Made by a program: the position numbers and the translations under genes. 64,000 nt of DNA from Cyanophora paradoxa CCMP329 (Eukaryota > Plantae > Glaucophyta): positions 62,001 to 126,000 of the forward strand of contig QPMI01000457.1 in assembly GCA_004431415.1 (NCBI GenBank). The letters are read 5' to 3'. Position 1 is the stretch's first letter. Every line of letters starts with the position of its first letter. The notes under the pieces were generated by a model that worked only from the letters and a program-made list of their open reading frames with translations, did no database searches and was not told the origin of the DNA. Positions 1 through 12,384 of the stretch are shown piece by piece.

Positions 1-57
1 TGCCTCCGGCGCAGCGCGGAGCTGGGGCCCCTCCGCCCCGAGCCCCGCGCCCTCCAT

Positions 58-1192
58 TCACGCGGCCGCGCCGGCGGGCCGCATCTCGTGCGGGTGCATC
101 TCGCTGGAGTGCTCCAGGATCTGGGGCAGGCGGCTCGCCACCGCCGGCTTCTCCTCGGCCGCCGCCCGAGGCGGCGACACCCGGCCGAACGACGACGCCG
201 CGAACTTGCCGACCGGGGTGCTGTGCACGCAGTCGGCGAGCTTGCCGAGCTGGAGCCGCTGCTGCAGCTTCTCCGCCAGCCGGGACGCCGCCGGGGACGA
301 CTTGTAGAAGTAGAAGATAACGCCGAGAGCGAACGTGCACGAGATAACGGGAAGACCGATGCACAGAGCCGCGCCGATCAAGATAGGGGCCGCGCACGCC
401 GCTGCGACCGTCACGCAGATGAAGATCAGTAAGTTGAGGCCTGGGGCGGCGTGAGCGCTCAGCGCCGAGAAGCGAGCGGCGGCGTACCGAGCAAGCCGAT
501 GCCCAGCGCCGAGAAAACAGTTGTCCAGAAAGCGAACAAGACGCTGGCGACAACGATGAGGCAAATCGCAACCAGCACCAGGACCTCGAGAAGGCCTGTT
601 TCAGCGTTAGCAGCCCGTACGTGTAAATCAAAAAGGAAGGTCTAGAAACACTAGGTGTAGAGAGAGAAGGGGAGCCTCATTCGCCACGAGAGGAGAAGCG
701 GCAAACGGTGTGGATGTGAACGGAAAAACCCGCCGCTCACGGCCCGAAGCTCGTTGAGCGACGGAAAGCATCTATAGGATGTACATGAACGGAATGCGAA
801 AGTGCCGCAGACAGTGTACCGGAGGGCTAGAATCGAGAATCTAGGGGAGAAGCCCCGGTCTGCCCGGCCCGGCGTTCAAGAGGCGTCCGGCAGTCGAACC
901 TGCTGTGAAGAAGGGACCAAGCCGAGTGTAGATGGCCTTGCCGCAGACGCCCGCCTTCTTGGCCGGAGCCGGAATTTCTATGTGGCTGTGCGTGCGTTAG
1001 CATCCGCGAGGGGGCGCATTCTTCCGCGAAAGAAGCAGGTAGAGGGGCGTAGAGGGACGTTAAAGCTACAGGAGAGCCGGCGCGCCGGCCCGTTCCGCTT
1101 GACCGCTAAACGGTGGGAGAGCGGGCCCACCTGAGTCGGGTCTGCACATCACTCATGAGGTCTGTGAGCGGCTTGGCGTTCATCGCCTTCAT
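58..1192 (-). CDS. Multi-exon hydrophobic-hairpin membrane protein (possible lipid-droplet/ER protein); 5' exons uncertain
   Basis: Exon 595-488 (LLEVLVLVAICLIVVASVLFAFWTTVFSALGIGLL) splices through a GT-AG intron 487-441 into GLNLLIFICVTVAAACAAPILIGAALCIGLPVISCTFALGVIFYFYKSS...; stop at 58. Plausible upstream exons (MKAMNAKPLTDLMSDVQTRL; HIEIPAPAKKAGVCGKAIY) extend to about 1192. Confidence 0.55.
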
Positions 1193-1307
1193 CTGGGCGG
1201 GCCTCGAAGCGCGGGAGCGATAACTGGGGTACTGCGGCGGGTGAGGGGGGCGAAAAGGGGGGGCCGAGCGGCGAAGGGGTAGTAGTGTGCAGCGCGGGAT
1301 CGCAGAA

Positions 1308-1909
1308 ATGACGCGGTGCGCCCGCCCCCGGCCACGCACCGCGCCGCTGAGCACGCCGGCAGGCTTTACATCAAGGGTGCCATCCTCGGCTACAAGAGGT
1401 GCGCTCCCAATCGCTTGATCGCCAGTGCTGGCCATATGGGTCCAGCCGCTGGCCGTGATGGCGGCCTTACGCCTCTGGATGCAGGAGCATGGCCAACCAG
1501 TACAACCACACCTCGCTCGTGAAGATCGAGGGCGTGCACTCGCGCAACGAGGTCGACTTCTACCTCGGCAAGCGCCTGGCGTACGTTTACAAGGCCAAGA
1601 AGGCCCGCAACGGCTCCCAGTTCCGTGTGATCTACGGCAAGGTCCGCGCGGCAGCCCTGCTAGCTCGGGAGGCGGCTGCAGCTAGCTGCGGATCTGGGGC
1701 TGCGGTCGGGCGGGGGCTGCAGGACGCGAGTGCTTAAAGCGCTTCGTACTTTTCTCCTATGCATCCGATTGCCGACCTCCTTCGCCCGCGTGCAGGTCAC
1801 CCGCCCCCACGGCAACAACGGCATCGTCCGCGCCAAGTTCCGGAAGAACCTGCCGCCCAAGTCGCTCGGCGCGACCCTCCGCGTCATGCTTTTCCCCAGC
1901 CGCGTGTAA
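1308..1909 (+). CDS. RPL35A: 60S ribosomal protein L35a (eL33), 4 exons
   Basis: Spliced product [104 protein letters not shown], with three GT-AG introns. Confidence 0.97.
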
Positions 1910-2761
1910 GGTCAAAGCCCGCGCGACCGTACGCTAGCCCGCTAGGGCCCCGGATGTAAGCTGTCCAAACACGCTGCCCTTTTCGACGCCGGCGGCCGCT
2001 CATCGCACACATATTGGGACGGGACGTTGCTGGATAGCAGAATCTGGACGGGACAGCGCGGCTGGCAGGCGGTGGGGCGGCGCGGCTGGACGGTTTCTCG
2101 GGATCGGCATGCGGCATCGCAGCAAGCTCTAGCAGCGCCGCCGGGGAGCCGCCTCGCTCTTTTCCTTTCTCCGACTTTCACTGACTTGCAACGGAGAACA
2201 CCGTTTCCATGTGACTCCTTACCTCGTGCACGCCACTCTTACAGTTCCGCGCTCCTCTCGCTCGATTCCGACAACTTCGCTTCATCTCTCCCTTGCACGC
2301 GGCCTATTCGCACTTCAGAACCGATGTTCTCCCTCTATCTAGACTCCCGCTTTCCCACTACGAGGGGAATTCGCCAAAGCATTCCTTTCTGCTTCTTCTA
2401 GGCCCACCTCATTCACTCCTCAAGGCCCGTCCTGTTCGTCTTGGCCCCGGGGTTGTGCCGACAGCGCTCGCTAGCTCGGATTTGCATGCTGCATCGCAAG
2501 GGGTGCAGTTCAACGCCGCAATGCGCGCGGGGCGCATGCTGCGCCAGCTGTGCAGCTGGCAGGCTTGAGCCTGGCACTGCGGCAGGCCCATGCACTAGCA
2601 CCATGCAAGACCTCGGTGATCGGTGCCTCGAGCCTCGCAGATCTCCAAGCACAGCGTATACGTAGACGAAGCGGTGCTCTCGCGGGCGCCCTAATCTACA
2701 ACTTGGGCGCCGCGCTCCCGCGCTAGGACAGGAAGGGGCGGGGACGGGAAGCGGGCCTGGC

Positions 2762-5670
2762 CTAGGGCGCCGGCCCCTCTTCCTCCCCCCCGTCGGCCGC
2801 CATCTCGGCGTGGAAGAGGCCTTCGACGTACCTGGGAGCCAAGAGGGGTGAGGGGGGCGGGGCGGGGGGCGGCGCGGGGCCGGGGGGCGGGGGCCAAGGC
2901 GTACGCGTCGAGGATGTCGGAGAGCTCGGCCGTGTTCTGCTCGAGCAGCTCCTCCAGGATGTCGTCGGCGACCCTGGAGCCCCGCGGTCGGCCCGCCGGC
3001 GCGCGCGGGGCCGGGCGGGGCGGGCGGGCGGGGCGCACGACTCGACGATGGAGGTCGGGTCGAAGGTGCCCCCGGAGAGGGCCCGGTCCGTCCGCCGCAG
3101 GTGCTCCTCGAAGGCAGCCCGGCCCGCCTCCACCGCCCGGATCCAGTCCGCCGACAGGATGGGCGGCGCCCGCTGCGCCCGCGGCGCCGGCCGCGGGGAC
3201 TCCGGCGCCGGCGAGGGGCTCCGCTCGGGGGGCGGCGCCGGCGGCTCGTCCCGCAGGGGACGATGAGCGGGTCGGGGGCGGGCCGCCGGGCCCCGCGCCT
3301 GGCGCCGGCGAGCTCGATCTGCGGGGGCGGTGCGGGCGGTGAGGGGCCGGGGACGGAAGGGGCGCGGGCCCGCCCACCGGGGGCGGCGCCTCCTCGAGGG
3401 CCGGGGCGGTGGAGCCGTAGTCGAGGGCGGCGCGCTCGGGGAGGGGCTCGGCGAGGCCGTAGCGGGCGCGGAGGGCGCGCTCCTCGGTCTCGAGGGCGGC
3501 GAGGGCGGCGCGGATGCCGCCGACGCGCTCCCAGTCGCGCTCGAGGGCCGCCTCGACGCGGCGCTCGCCCTCCAGGCGGGCCAGGGCCCGCGCCGTGTCC
3601 TCCAGCGCCTCGTCCAGGACGGCCTCCGCCAGCTCGTCCATCCGCTCCACCACGCCCCGCGCCGACGCCCGCGCCAGCCGCCCCGCCAGGGGCGCACCCG
3701 GGCCCTCCCCGGGCCCGCCCTCGCGCGAGATCCGCGAGACGGAGCGCGCGGCCGCCCGGTCGAGCGCCGCCCGCAGCGGGTGCCCCTCCAGGGAAGCGCG
3801 GGCCGAGGCCGGGGCCGGCTCCTCCCGAGGCGGCGGCGCCCGCAGCGCCTCCGGGTGACTCTCTAGCCACGCCGCCCGCGAGACCTGCCGGCCGGCTCAG
3901 GCGGGCGCGGTGAGCAGGGCGGGGCGGGGCGGGCGGGCGGGCGGGCGCGCCTCCCGCTGGAGGAGCTGAACGTGCTGCTGCCCCACCCGCTCGAAGGCCG
4001 AAGCGAGCCTGCGGGGCGCCTCAGCCGCATCGCGGGAGGGGAGGCGGCGCGGCGGCCGCACCGGTCCACTGTACGTTCAAAGCGACCCTGCGCGCCATCG
4101 AGCAGCGGCCGCAGCCGCTCCTCCAGAGCCTTCGCCAAGAGCGCCTCCCCGCCCGCCGCCCACGGCGCCGACGCCGAAGCCACCGCCGTCGCCGCGGCCG
4201 CTGCGGCGGCCGCCGCCGCCTCAGCCGCAGCCTGCGCCCGCACGCCGCCGGCCGCCGTGGCGCCGCCGCCGCCGACGGGGGCGTAAGAGGAGGGAGCGGA
4301 GATCGGCCGCCCGCGGCCGAGGGATGATGCCTGCCGCCGAGAGCCGACGCGCTCGGATCCCGCGGCGCCGCCACCGACGATCCAGCGGCCGGCGTTCGGG
4401 TCGACCCACGCGGGCTTCTTGCCCCGGCCCGCCGCCGCCTCTCGTAGCCTCTCGTTTCCCGCGACCTTGCGTGCCGCCGCCCGGATCATTCCCGCCAGCT
4501 CCGGGCTCACGTGGGCGCCCGACGCCTCCGCCTGCCCCCCGACCCCGTCGGCGGGGCGCGCGGAGGCCGGACGGCAGCGGCGGCGGCGCGCACCCGGCCC
4601 AGAGCCTCCTGCGACGCCCGAACGAGAGCCTCGATCGCCTCCCGCCGCTCCGCGTTCCTCCTGTGCATGGCCCTCACCTGCGCCGCGCCGCCGGTGAGCG
4701 ACCGGCCGTCGGCATGGGCCGTCGCGCGCGCCTTCTCCGTGGACTGGACCTGTGGCGGGCCTGTGCGCGAGCGCTCGGCCATCAGCTCTTTCGACAGGTG
4801 CTCGATCTGCGGCGGGCTCGGCGTTGGGGCGGTGCGTCGGGCGGGGCCCCCTCGCCTTGCGCTTCAGCGCCGTGACGGAGGACCGCGCATCCAGCTCCTG
4901 CGAGACGCGGCACCTGCGTCGCGGCCTTTAGGCACGAGAGCCCGTGCTTCCGGATCCTCGCGAGGGGCGCACGCGTCGCACGTCTCGTCGTGCCGGTGTG
5001 TGGCGCAGCCAGTGGGTAGTGCCGCTGCTCTTGGCGGCGCCTGCTTGAATTTTCCGCCAGCGAAGAACGGCCTTTTCCCCGCAGGAGCTGGGGCGGCAAT
5101 GTACGCGGTGCGCCACCTGCTGTCGGGCTGCGGCTGCCTGACGTCCGGCCACGTTCCAGGCTGGGGCGCCTCTCTCGAGGCTTCCTTCGCGCTCGCTTGC
5201 ACGCGTCCGCTTTGGGCTGCTCCCGCCCCGCGCTCCGCGGTCCTCGAGGCACGCGCCTCCTGCTCCGCGAGCGACGCCTGCATCTGTTTTCGAAACTCGA
5301 TGTCCCGCCTCGCCAGGATAGTCGCCAGCTGCAGCGCTTTCGCGCGGTGCGCAACGAGCGAATCTATGTCCCAGCGAGCCGGTGTCCCGGAAGCCAGAGA
5401 GCCGGATGCCGCCGCCGCTACCGCTGCCGGCCGCGGAGCCGGGTGGAACACAGGCGTGGGCGGATCCCAGGCGACGCGCATGGCTGCCGAGTTCGCCTGC
5501 CACGATGAAGGCTGCACTGCCGGCTGAGCGAAGGGAGGCGCGGCGGCTACAGCTGCCCGATGGCTGGCGCTCGGGCGGCGCGCCTCAGAGAGCTGGATCG
5601 GGCGCTCGTGAGGAAGCGCCCATTCGCCGCCGCCGGTCAGCGAGAGCGCTGTTGCTGCGGCGACCTGCAT
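2762..5670 (-). CDS. Moonraker/KIAA0753 (OFIP)-like centriolar protein
   Basis: N-terminal LQLATILARRDIEFRKQ, central LAALETEERALRARY and spliced C-terminus FEEHLRRTDRALSGGTFDPTSIVES|VADDILEELLEQNTAELSDILDAYVEGLFHAEM resemble the three conserved blocks of KIAA0753 as I recall them. Multi-exon; start uncertain. Confidence 0.65.
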
Positions 5671-6817
5671 TCAAAAGCTGAAGCAGGGGTACTCGTATAC
5701 AATCCGCTTTGACTCCCCCTCTGGATCTGAACCCGGGTTACTGCGATCGTGGCCGCACGCGTACACACGCGTACGTACTACGTACTACTATAGCTCGTAC
5801 CCGGGTACTAGTAGCTATAGTATACTGCATGCATGATCGATCGCGACATGTACACCACGGACCGCATGCGAATGCATGTACTGGAGAACTAGTTAATTTA
5901 TAGTACAGGAAAATAATTATATATATATATACAACGCTTAATTTAACATTTTCACATATAATTCTTGTTCGATCGGCGTTCGGAAATCTGACGAAAACCG
6001 TTCGAAATGTCCTAAATTTCCGCATCCTGTGTAGGCGGTGATTGGCTGCGCTCAGCGATTGGCTGCTGTTGAGTGAGTGAAGTGGTGGTCTTAGTACCAA
6101 CCGTCGTTGAACCGTCGACGTCTTGTGTACACTCTCCGAGTCGATCTTTTTTTGGCGACCATATCCTGTACGCGTGCCGCGAATACGTATACGTACGCGT
6201 GGCAACACTGGCAAGCCTATAAGAGGGCCGACCACTCGAGGGGCAGTTCGCAAGAGGGCCCGGGTACATAAACATATTGCCGAGCTCGAGCGCTCGAGTA
6301 GAATTCGAAGCTGAATCGAAGGCGACCAAGACGCGCCGCACTGGCATCAGTGCCACACGCCGGCGCGTACGGCCCGGTACGGGTGCCACACTGCCACGGT
6401 GCGCTGCCGTACGTGCGCATGCGACCGCGAGTCCGCGACTCGGCGACTGCTCCACCGGTACCGAGCCAGGAACTTCGAAGCAGCTGCAGCAGCACAGCTG
6501 CAGGCCCCGCGCCGCGACACCCTGCCCGGGACCTTACCGTACCACAGTATAATAGTATGTGTGCGCGCTGGCCCAGTGGAAGATGATCGACGCAAGGCAG
6601 CGGTTGATGTTCTCGTAGCCGAGTCCGAACGAGCGCAAAGTCACTTGTAGGACTTGCGGCACACTCGCCGGCACCGCGACCGAGACTGTCCGAGCGTTTC
6701 GGCGCGCGATTCCCGTTTTCGAGCGACGCTGCAACAGCCGCAGGCCGCGGCCGGTTGGTAGCTTAGCGGCATCATCAGCTGCGACAGGAGCACCGCATCT
6801 GGAATAGCCGAGTCGCG

Positions 6818-9800
6818 ATGATGCAAGGCGAGGCGGCGGACTCGGGCGGCATCACACTTCTTCCCTCGCGGACGGACGAGCCATGTACATCGCCGCCGGC
6901 ACTCCAGCGACGCGGCAGCGCGTCTGGATCTCCGACGGTGAAGCAGGAGCGATGCGCTTTCGTGCTCCTGGACCGCGGGCGGAACTCTGGTGCGTGCCCG
7001 GCGATTCCAATGCTCGACTGCGCCCGCGTGCGAGAGCGCACCGCAGGTTTCCAGCCGATCCCGCCAGCCACGGAAGACAACGCATGCCTGACGTACCACC
7101 TCGTGTCGCACCGCCAGTTTAAGTTGCAGCCGCGGGACCCGGGCGAGAGCGCCACCTGGGCCCGGCGCCGCCTCCAGCTCTCCCTCGTCTACGCCGGTGC
7201 GGGCGCCCCTCACGGACGCTTGCACTCGGCCGGCCGAGTCGAGCCGGGAGGGGGTGGGGCCTGCAGACGACGGGACGCCGGTGCGGCACGGTACGGGCGT
7301 GCACAGCCGCGTGAACAATGAGGAGATGGACTTGCCGCTGCGCCATTACACCCTCCCCCGCCGCTTCGAGCGCGTCCTCTTGGTGCGCCCCGCCCCGCCC
7401 CGCCCCGCCCCGCCCCGCCGACGGCTTCGCAGTGCACCCTGCCGCTGGACGACAAGGGGACGACGGTGCACAGCTTCTCCATCACGGCCGCCTCCGTGAG
7501 TTCCAGCGCGCCCCTCGAAGCTTGCCGGCGCGCGCCCGGCTGAGCGGCAGCGGCGGGGCAGCACCGGCACGGGGGCCGCCTCTTCCGGCTGTACCTGGTC
7601 GATGCGGACACGGGCGCGCCGATCCCCGGCCGCATCCTCGTCCACACGCGCTCGCACCGTGCGCGCCGTGCCGCGCTGCGCCGCCGCCTGCGCCGCCGCG
7701 CAGTGACCCGGCCGGCAGCGTCTCGCTCGGCCGGCATCGCGGACCTGCTCCAGAGGCTGCAGGCGCCCGACGCCGTCGCTGCGGCGGCGGCGGCGGCAGC
7801 GGCGGCCACCAAGCGGCCGCGCGGGGCGAGGGGCGCGTCGACGGCCGCGGGCACGCGGGGCTCGCCGCGGGGGTGGCAGGGCCCCGGGACGGGCCCGCGC
7901 TCGCGGCAGCCGTCCTTCTCCGAGTGCTCCTCGGACGGGGACGCCTCGTTCGAGGACGAGGAGTACGAGAGCAGCGGCTCCGTGCGCCCGCCCCGGCCCC
8001 GGCCCCGGCCCCGGCCCCGGCCCCGGCCCCCGCGCGCAGGCGCCCCGACGCGCGCCCCGCCGGCGCAGGCGGACGACGCGGCGGCGGGGCCGCCGAAGCG
8101 TGCGACGGCGCAGGCCGGGGGCAGCACGCCCAAGGGGACCCCCGAGGGCCTCTCGCCGTGCACGCCGATCGTGGCGCTCGAGGGGCTGGGCCAGGAAAAG
8201 GTCGTCAACGCCGAGGTCGTCGAGGTGCTCCGCCCCCTCCCCTCCCCTCTGCTCAGCTTCGCTTCGGGGCGCGGGGCGGGGCGGGCCCGACGGGGGCGGG
8301 GCCGACGGGGGCGGGGCGGGGCGGGGCAGGACGTGGACTCGAGCGACGAGGGGAGCCCGCCGGGCCCGGGGGCTGGCGAGGGCCAGCTCTTCGACGTCGA
8401 CGCCGCCCTCGACGCCCTAGAACTAAGGCACGCCCCGCCCCGCCCCTCGGCGCCCGGCGCGAGCTGAGCCCGCCCCGCAGCCTCCGCACCGGCACCGGCC
8501 TCCGCATCACCGACGAGGGGCCCTCTGACGGCGCCGCCGGCGGCGGCGACCGGCCGGCCTCGGTGCGCCCCGCCCCGCGCCCGCCGGCACCGCGGCGCGC
8601 GACCGGCCCGCCTCCCTCGCGCAGGCGACCTTCGGCGAGGAGCTTTTCTGGATAACCGCCGAGTGCGGCCGGCCCGGCCCCGCCCCTGCCCCGCCCCGCC
8701 CTCCGCCTCACACCCCCGCCCTGGCAGGGACGCCCGGCGGCTCGCCGTCTCGTACCCCTCGCGCTCGCCGCCCCTCTACCTGCCCGACGCCGAGCACGAG
8801 GAGGCGCGCAGACCCCCCGCCCCTGCGTGCAATCGCGAGCCGCGCTGACGGGCGGGCGGGGGGCAGCTGTGCGCGGCGTTCCGGCGGCTGAACGACCCCG
8901 TCGCCCTCGAGTCGCGCATGACCGTCCGCAACCTCGTCACCGTGCGCCCCGCCCCGCCCTCGATCCCGAGCCCCCCCGCCCCTGAGCCCCTGAGCCCCGC
9001 CCCCGCAGCTCCTGCTGGACCCCCGCGTGCTCGCCTCGCGCCTCTACCGCACCTTCGAGGGCCGCTACGCCCTCCGCCGCGCCTTCCACAACCTCCGCGA
9101 GGCCTCCGCCTACCCCGCCGTGCGCACCCCCCGCCCTCCTTCGCCTCTACCCCCCGCCCGGCGGCCGACCCGGGCGCGGGCCGCGGGGCAGGTCGGGGTG
9201 ATTGTGGAGAGCGCGGTGGACGCCGTCTGCGCTATCCCGCCCTCCTGCACCGACCCGTGCGGCCCCCGCCGCACCCCGGCCCCTCCCTTCCGCCCGGCGA
9301 CGCCCCCGGCCGCGCAGGGCCGACGCGGAGGCGATGCTCGACCTCTGCTACGGCCTCCTCCTCGCCGGTGCGCGGGGGCCCGGATCCGGAGGCCCCCGCG
9401 GGGGCCCTCCCTGACCGCAAGCGGGGGCGGGCAGGCACGTCGGAGATCGCGCCCTGCTCCCCCGACCTGGCGTACCTCTCCTGGGGATCCACGAAGCGGG
9501 CGCGCCCCTTTGCCGCGGCTGGGCGGGCGCCACGGCAGAATGCTGACCGCCGGGCCGGGGCGCAGCTGCTTGCGTTCGCGGAGGCGGTGGCGGGCCCGTG
9601 GCGGGGCCAGGATCGCGCCCTCCACTGCCGCGTCCTCCACCGCCGCGCCATCGCCTTCTTCCACGTGCCCCGCCCCGCCCCGCCCCGCCCCGCCCCTCCG
9701 CCCCCGGACGGCGCCCCTGAGACCTGCGGCCGCCGGGCAGCACGGCTTCACCGACGCGGCGCTGGAGCTCGGGTTCGAGTCCTGGAGCGGTCCGCACGGG

Positions 9801-11243
9801 CCCCGCCCGCACCGCCCGCCCGCTCGCTCCTCTCGCCGGCGCCGAGCTCACGGGGTGGGCGGGCAGAGCTGATCCGGAGCCAGCACACGCCCTCGCGGAT
9901 CGAAGCCGCCGTCCTCCGCGACCTCGTCGAGATGCACCGTGCGGCCCCGCCCTTCGATCCGGCGCCGGGGCCCTGCCCTGCCGCTGCCGCGGCTTTCTTA
10001 GCGCGGTGCGGACAGTGTACGCGGGGCGGATGCGGGAGGTGCGGCAGCTGGCGGACCGCCTCTACTACTTCCCGGGGGAGACGGCGGAGGACGTGTTCCT
10101 CGAGGCGCAGGTCAACCACCTCCTCGGTCCGCCCGCCCTCCCCCGCGCCCTTCCCCGCCCCTCGCCACCGGGCCCCGGCTGAGCTGGCGGGCGCGCAAAC
10201 AGCGATCATCGTGAACAGCGTGCACAAGCGGCCGAAGAAGGCGATCGCCCTCGCCTCCTCTGCCGTCGCCGCCTTCGAGCGCATCCCCGACGAGGCACAC
10301 GCCCCCGCCACCCCTCTCGCTCCGGCCGAGCGCCTCTGCCCGCATCTGAGCGCGCGCCAGGCGTACCGGCACTACGGGGCGCGCACGGTGGGCCTGCGCT
10401 CGGTCCTCTGCTCGCAGGCGGGCAAGCTGCGCACCTCGGCGGACCAGTACGTCTCGATGCTCAAGCACATGTCCTCCACCCACGAGGTCTGGTCCACCCT
10501 CTGGGACCAGTTCTTCGTCCTCAGGTCCCCTTGACGCCCCTGCCCCTGCCCCGCCCCCCCCTCCGAGGCCCTGCCTGAGGCCCAGGCCGGCGGCGGGCCC
10601 GGCAGGTACGCGTGGCTCCACTCGCCGGTGGCCCCGCCGCCCGAGGGCGTCTTCGCGCCCCTCCCCGCCATGCTCCGCTTCATGGGCCTCTTCGTCTTCG
10701 TCGTCCCGGTACCCCCGCCGCCCCGCGCCCCCCCCCGCCGCCGCCGCCTCGAGCTCCGCGCAGCTGCTGGACAAGAGGCGGGCGACGCCGATCCTGGGGC
10801 ACGCGCAGTACCAGCTGGGCGTGGCGTACCTGCGGGCGGGGGCCAACGCCAAGGCCCTCGCCTCCCTAGAGCGGGCCCACGCCTACTTCCGCGCCCACCT
10901 CCCCAAGGCCCGCCCCCGCCCCCGCCCCCGCCCCCGCCCCCGCCCCCGCCTCGAGGGCGCCGCCCCTGACTGTGCACTGTGCCCTCGCAGCACTTCCCGC
11001 CCTCGTCGCCGCGCATGCAGGCGATCGAGGCGGCGCTGCGGGAGGCGCGGGCGCGCACGGGCGGCCCCGCCGGCGCCGGCTCGCCCAAGGGGGCGGGCCC
11101 CGGGCCCCCGGGATGGACGTCTTCTGCTTTACGGCGCGCGCCATGTCGCCGGCCGCCGCCCTCGCCGCCCCCTCCGCCTTCGGCATGACCCTCGACCCCG
11201 CCCTCCTCCCCGCCGCCCCGCCGGCCCCCTCGAGGCCCCGGCC

Positions 11244-11276
<33 letters not shown>

Positions 11277-11318
11277 GCCCGCAAGGACGCCAGCTCCGCC
11301 ACCTGCTCCCTCATGTAG
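6818..11318 (+). CDS. Large multi-exon protein: N-terminal beta-rich domain (possible p53/STAT/CudA-like Ig-fold DNA-binding domain), low-complexity linker, C-terminal TPR-like helical region
   Basis: Consistent GT/GC-AG spliced exons: LQLSLVYA|DDGTPV..., FSITAAS|HRHGGRLFRLYLVD...RILVHTRSH; C-terminal HAQYQLGVAYLRAGANAKALASLERAHAYF is TPR-like. Ends approximate. Confidence 0.55.
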
Positions 11319-12062
11319 CCGGCTGCCCGGCCCGGCCCGCGGCCCGCCCGGCCCCTGCTTCTGCTTGTGCACTCCGCTTTTTCGTATGATCCTTCGCTGC
11401 CCGTCTCCAGTACAGGACTAGCGAGGCGCCACTCTTCCCTAGATTTGCTAATTATAATTATGCCCTTCCTCCACTCCCCTCCCCTGATTTATTCTATGCG
11501 TGCGAAGATACATTTTTCAATCCCGCGGGCCCCGCCCCGCTTTTCCGTTGTACATTACTTCGAAGTCCTAATGTCCGTGTCCTTCTCAGGCTACCAAACA
11601 AAACATTTACTTCATTCGGATGCGTGTAGCTGTAGCCGATAGTTGCCTGCATTCTTTGCCACCGAGTTATGATCACTCCCAGCTGCATCTTTTCCGGGCG
11701 CAGATCCCCTGCCTTTGAATCTGATCACGTGCATGATCAGCAAAATAGTTACAAAAGAGTACAAATAGTTAACATTCGCTTTCCAGTAGAATTCGCGTTA
11801 AGACCGTTAAGATTTACGTATACTTTGTAAGTTTCGTACTCTATGAATTATACGAATCTGAACTATTCTTCCGTGAAGCAGATCTTGATCTTGATCTAGA
11901 TCTAGATCTTAGCAAGCCTTACCTAGCGCGTTAGCAAGCAGATCTAGATGATCATGAAGCACGGCGCCCCGCGGCGCTCTAGATCATAGCAAGCCTTCGG
12001 TCTGAGGTCCGATGACCGCGGCCCGGACCGAATTCGAAGCCGCCCGCGCGCGGCGCCGCCGG

Positions 12063-12281
12063 TGACCCAAATGCGGCGCCGACGCCGTGACGTGGATGAC
12101 CCGAAATTAAAGGCCTGCCAGGCGGAGCCGAAGCTTAAGCGCGCACACGCTTCATCGCCGCCGGCGCCGATGACCCAAATGCGGCGCCGACGTGGATGAC
12201 CCGAAATTAAAGGCCTGCCAGGCGGAGCCGAAGCTTAAGCGCGCACACGCTTCATCGCCACCGGCACCGATGACCCAAATG
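12063..12281. repeat. Tandem repeat, ~100-bp unit, about 2.2 copies
   Basis: GACGTGGATGACCCGAAATTAAAGGCCTGCCAGGCGGAGCCGAAGCTTAAGCGCGCACACGCTTCATCGCC at 12089 and 12189; TGACCCAAATG occurs three times. Confidence 0.9.
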
Positions 12282-12306
12282 GCCTTCCGGGGGAGCCGAA
12301 GCCGAC

Positions 12307-12310
12307 AAAA
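12307..12310 (-). terminator. RNA polymerase III T-tract terminator of tRNA-Pro
   Basis: TTTT on the minus strand 2 nt after the tRNA 3' end. Confidence 0.6.
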
Positions 12311-12312
12311 GA

Positions 12313-12384
12313 GGGCTGCTGCGGGAATCGAACCCACGACCTCTTGCACCCGAAGCAAGAATCATACCCCTAGACCAAGCAGCC
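12313..12384 (-). tRNA. tRNA-Pro(CGG)
   Basis: Reverse complement GGCTGCTTGGTCTAGGGGTATGATTCTTGCTTCGGGTGCAAGAGGTCGTGGGTTCGATTCCCGCAGCAGCCC: 72 nt, paired acceptor stem, anticodon arm CTTGC-TTCGGGT-GCAAG, T-loop GTTCGATTC. Confidence 0.96.

Noticed and set aside
1910-2760. Short ORFs between RPL35a and the Moonraker-like gene
   Set aside because: No coding-like composition, consistent splice pattern or recognisable motif; probably UTR/intergenic.
12063-12281. Possible CRISPR array
   Set aside because: Eukaryotic context, whole ~100-bp units repeated with no unique spacers, and no cas genes.
12063-12384. tRNA-derived SINE
   Set aside because: The tRNA cloverleaf is intact and followed by its own T-tract terminator; no target-site duplication or tail seen.
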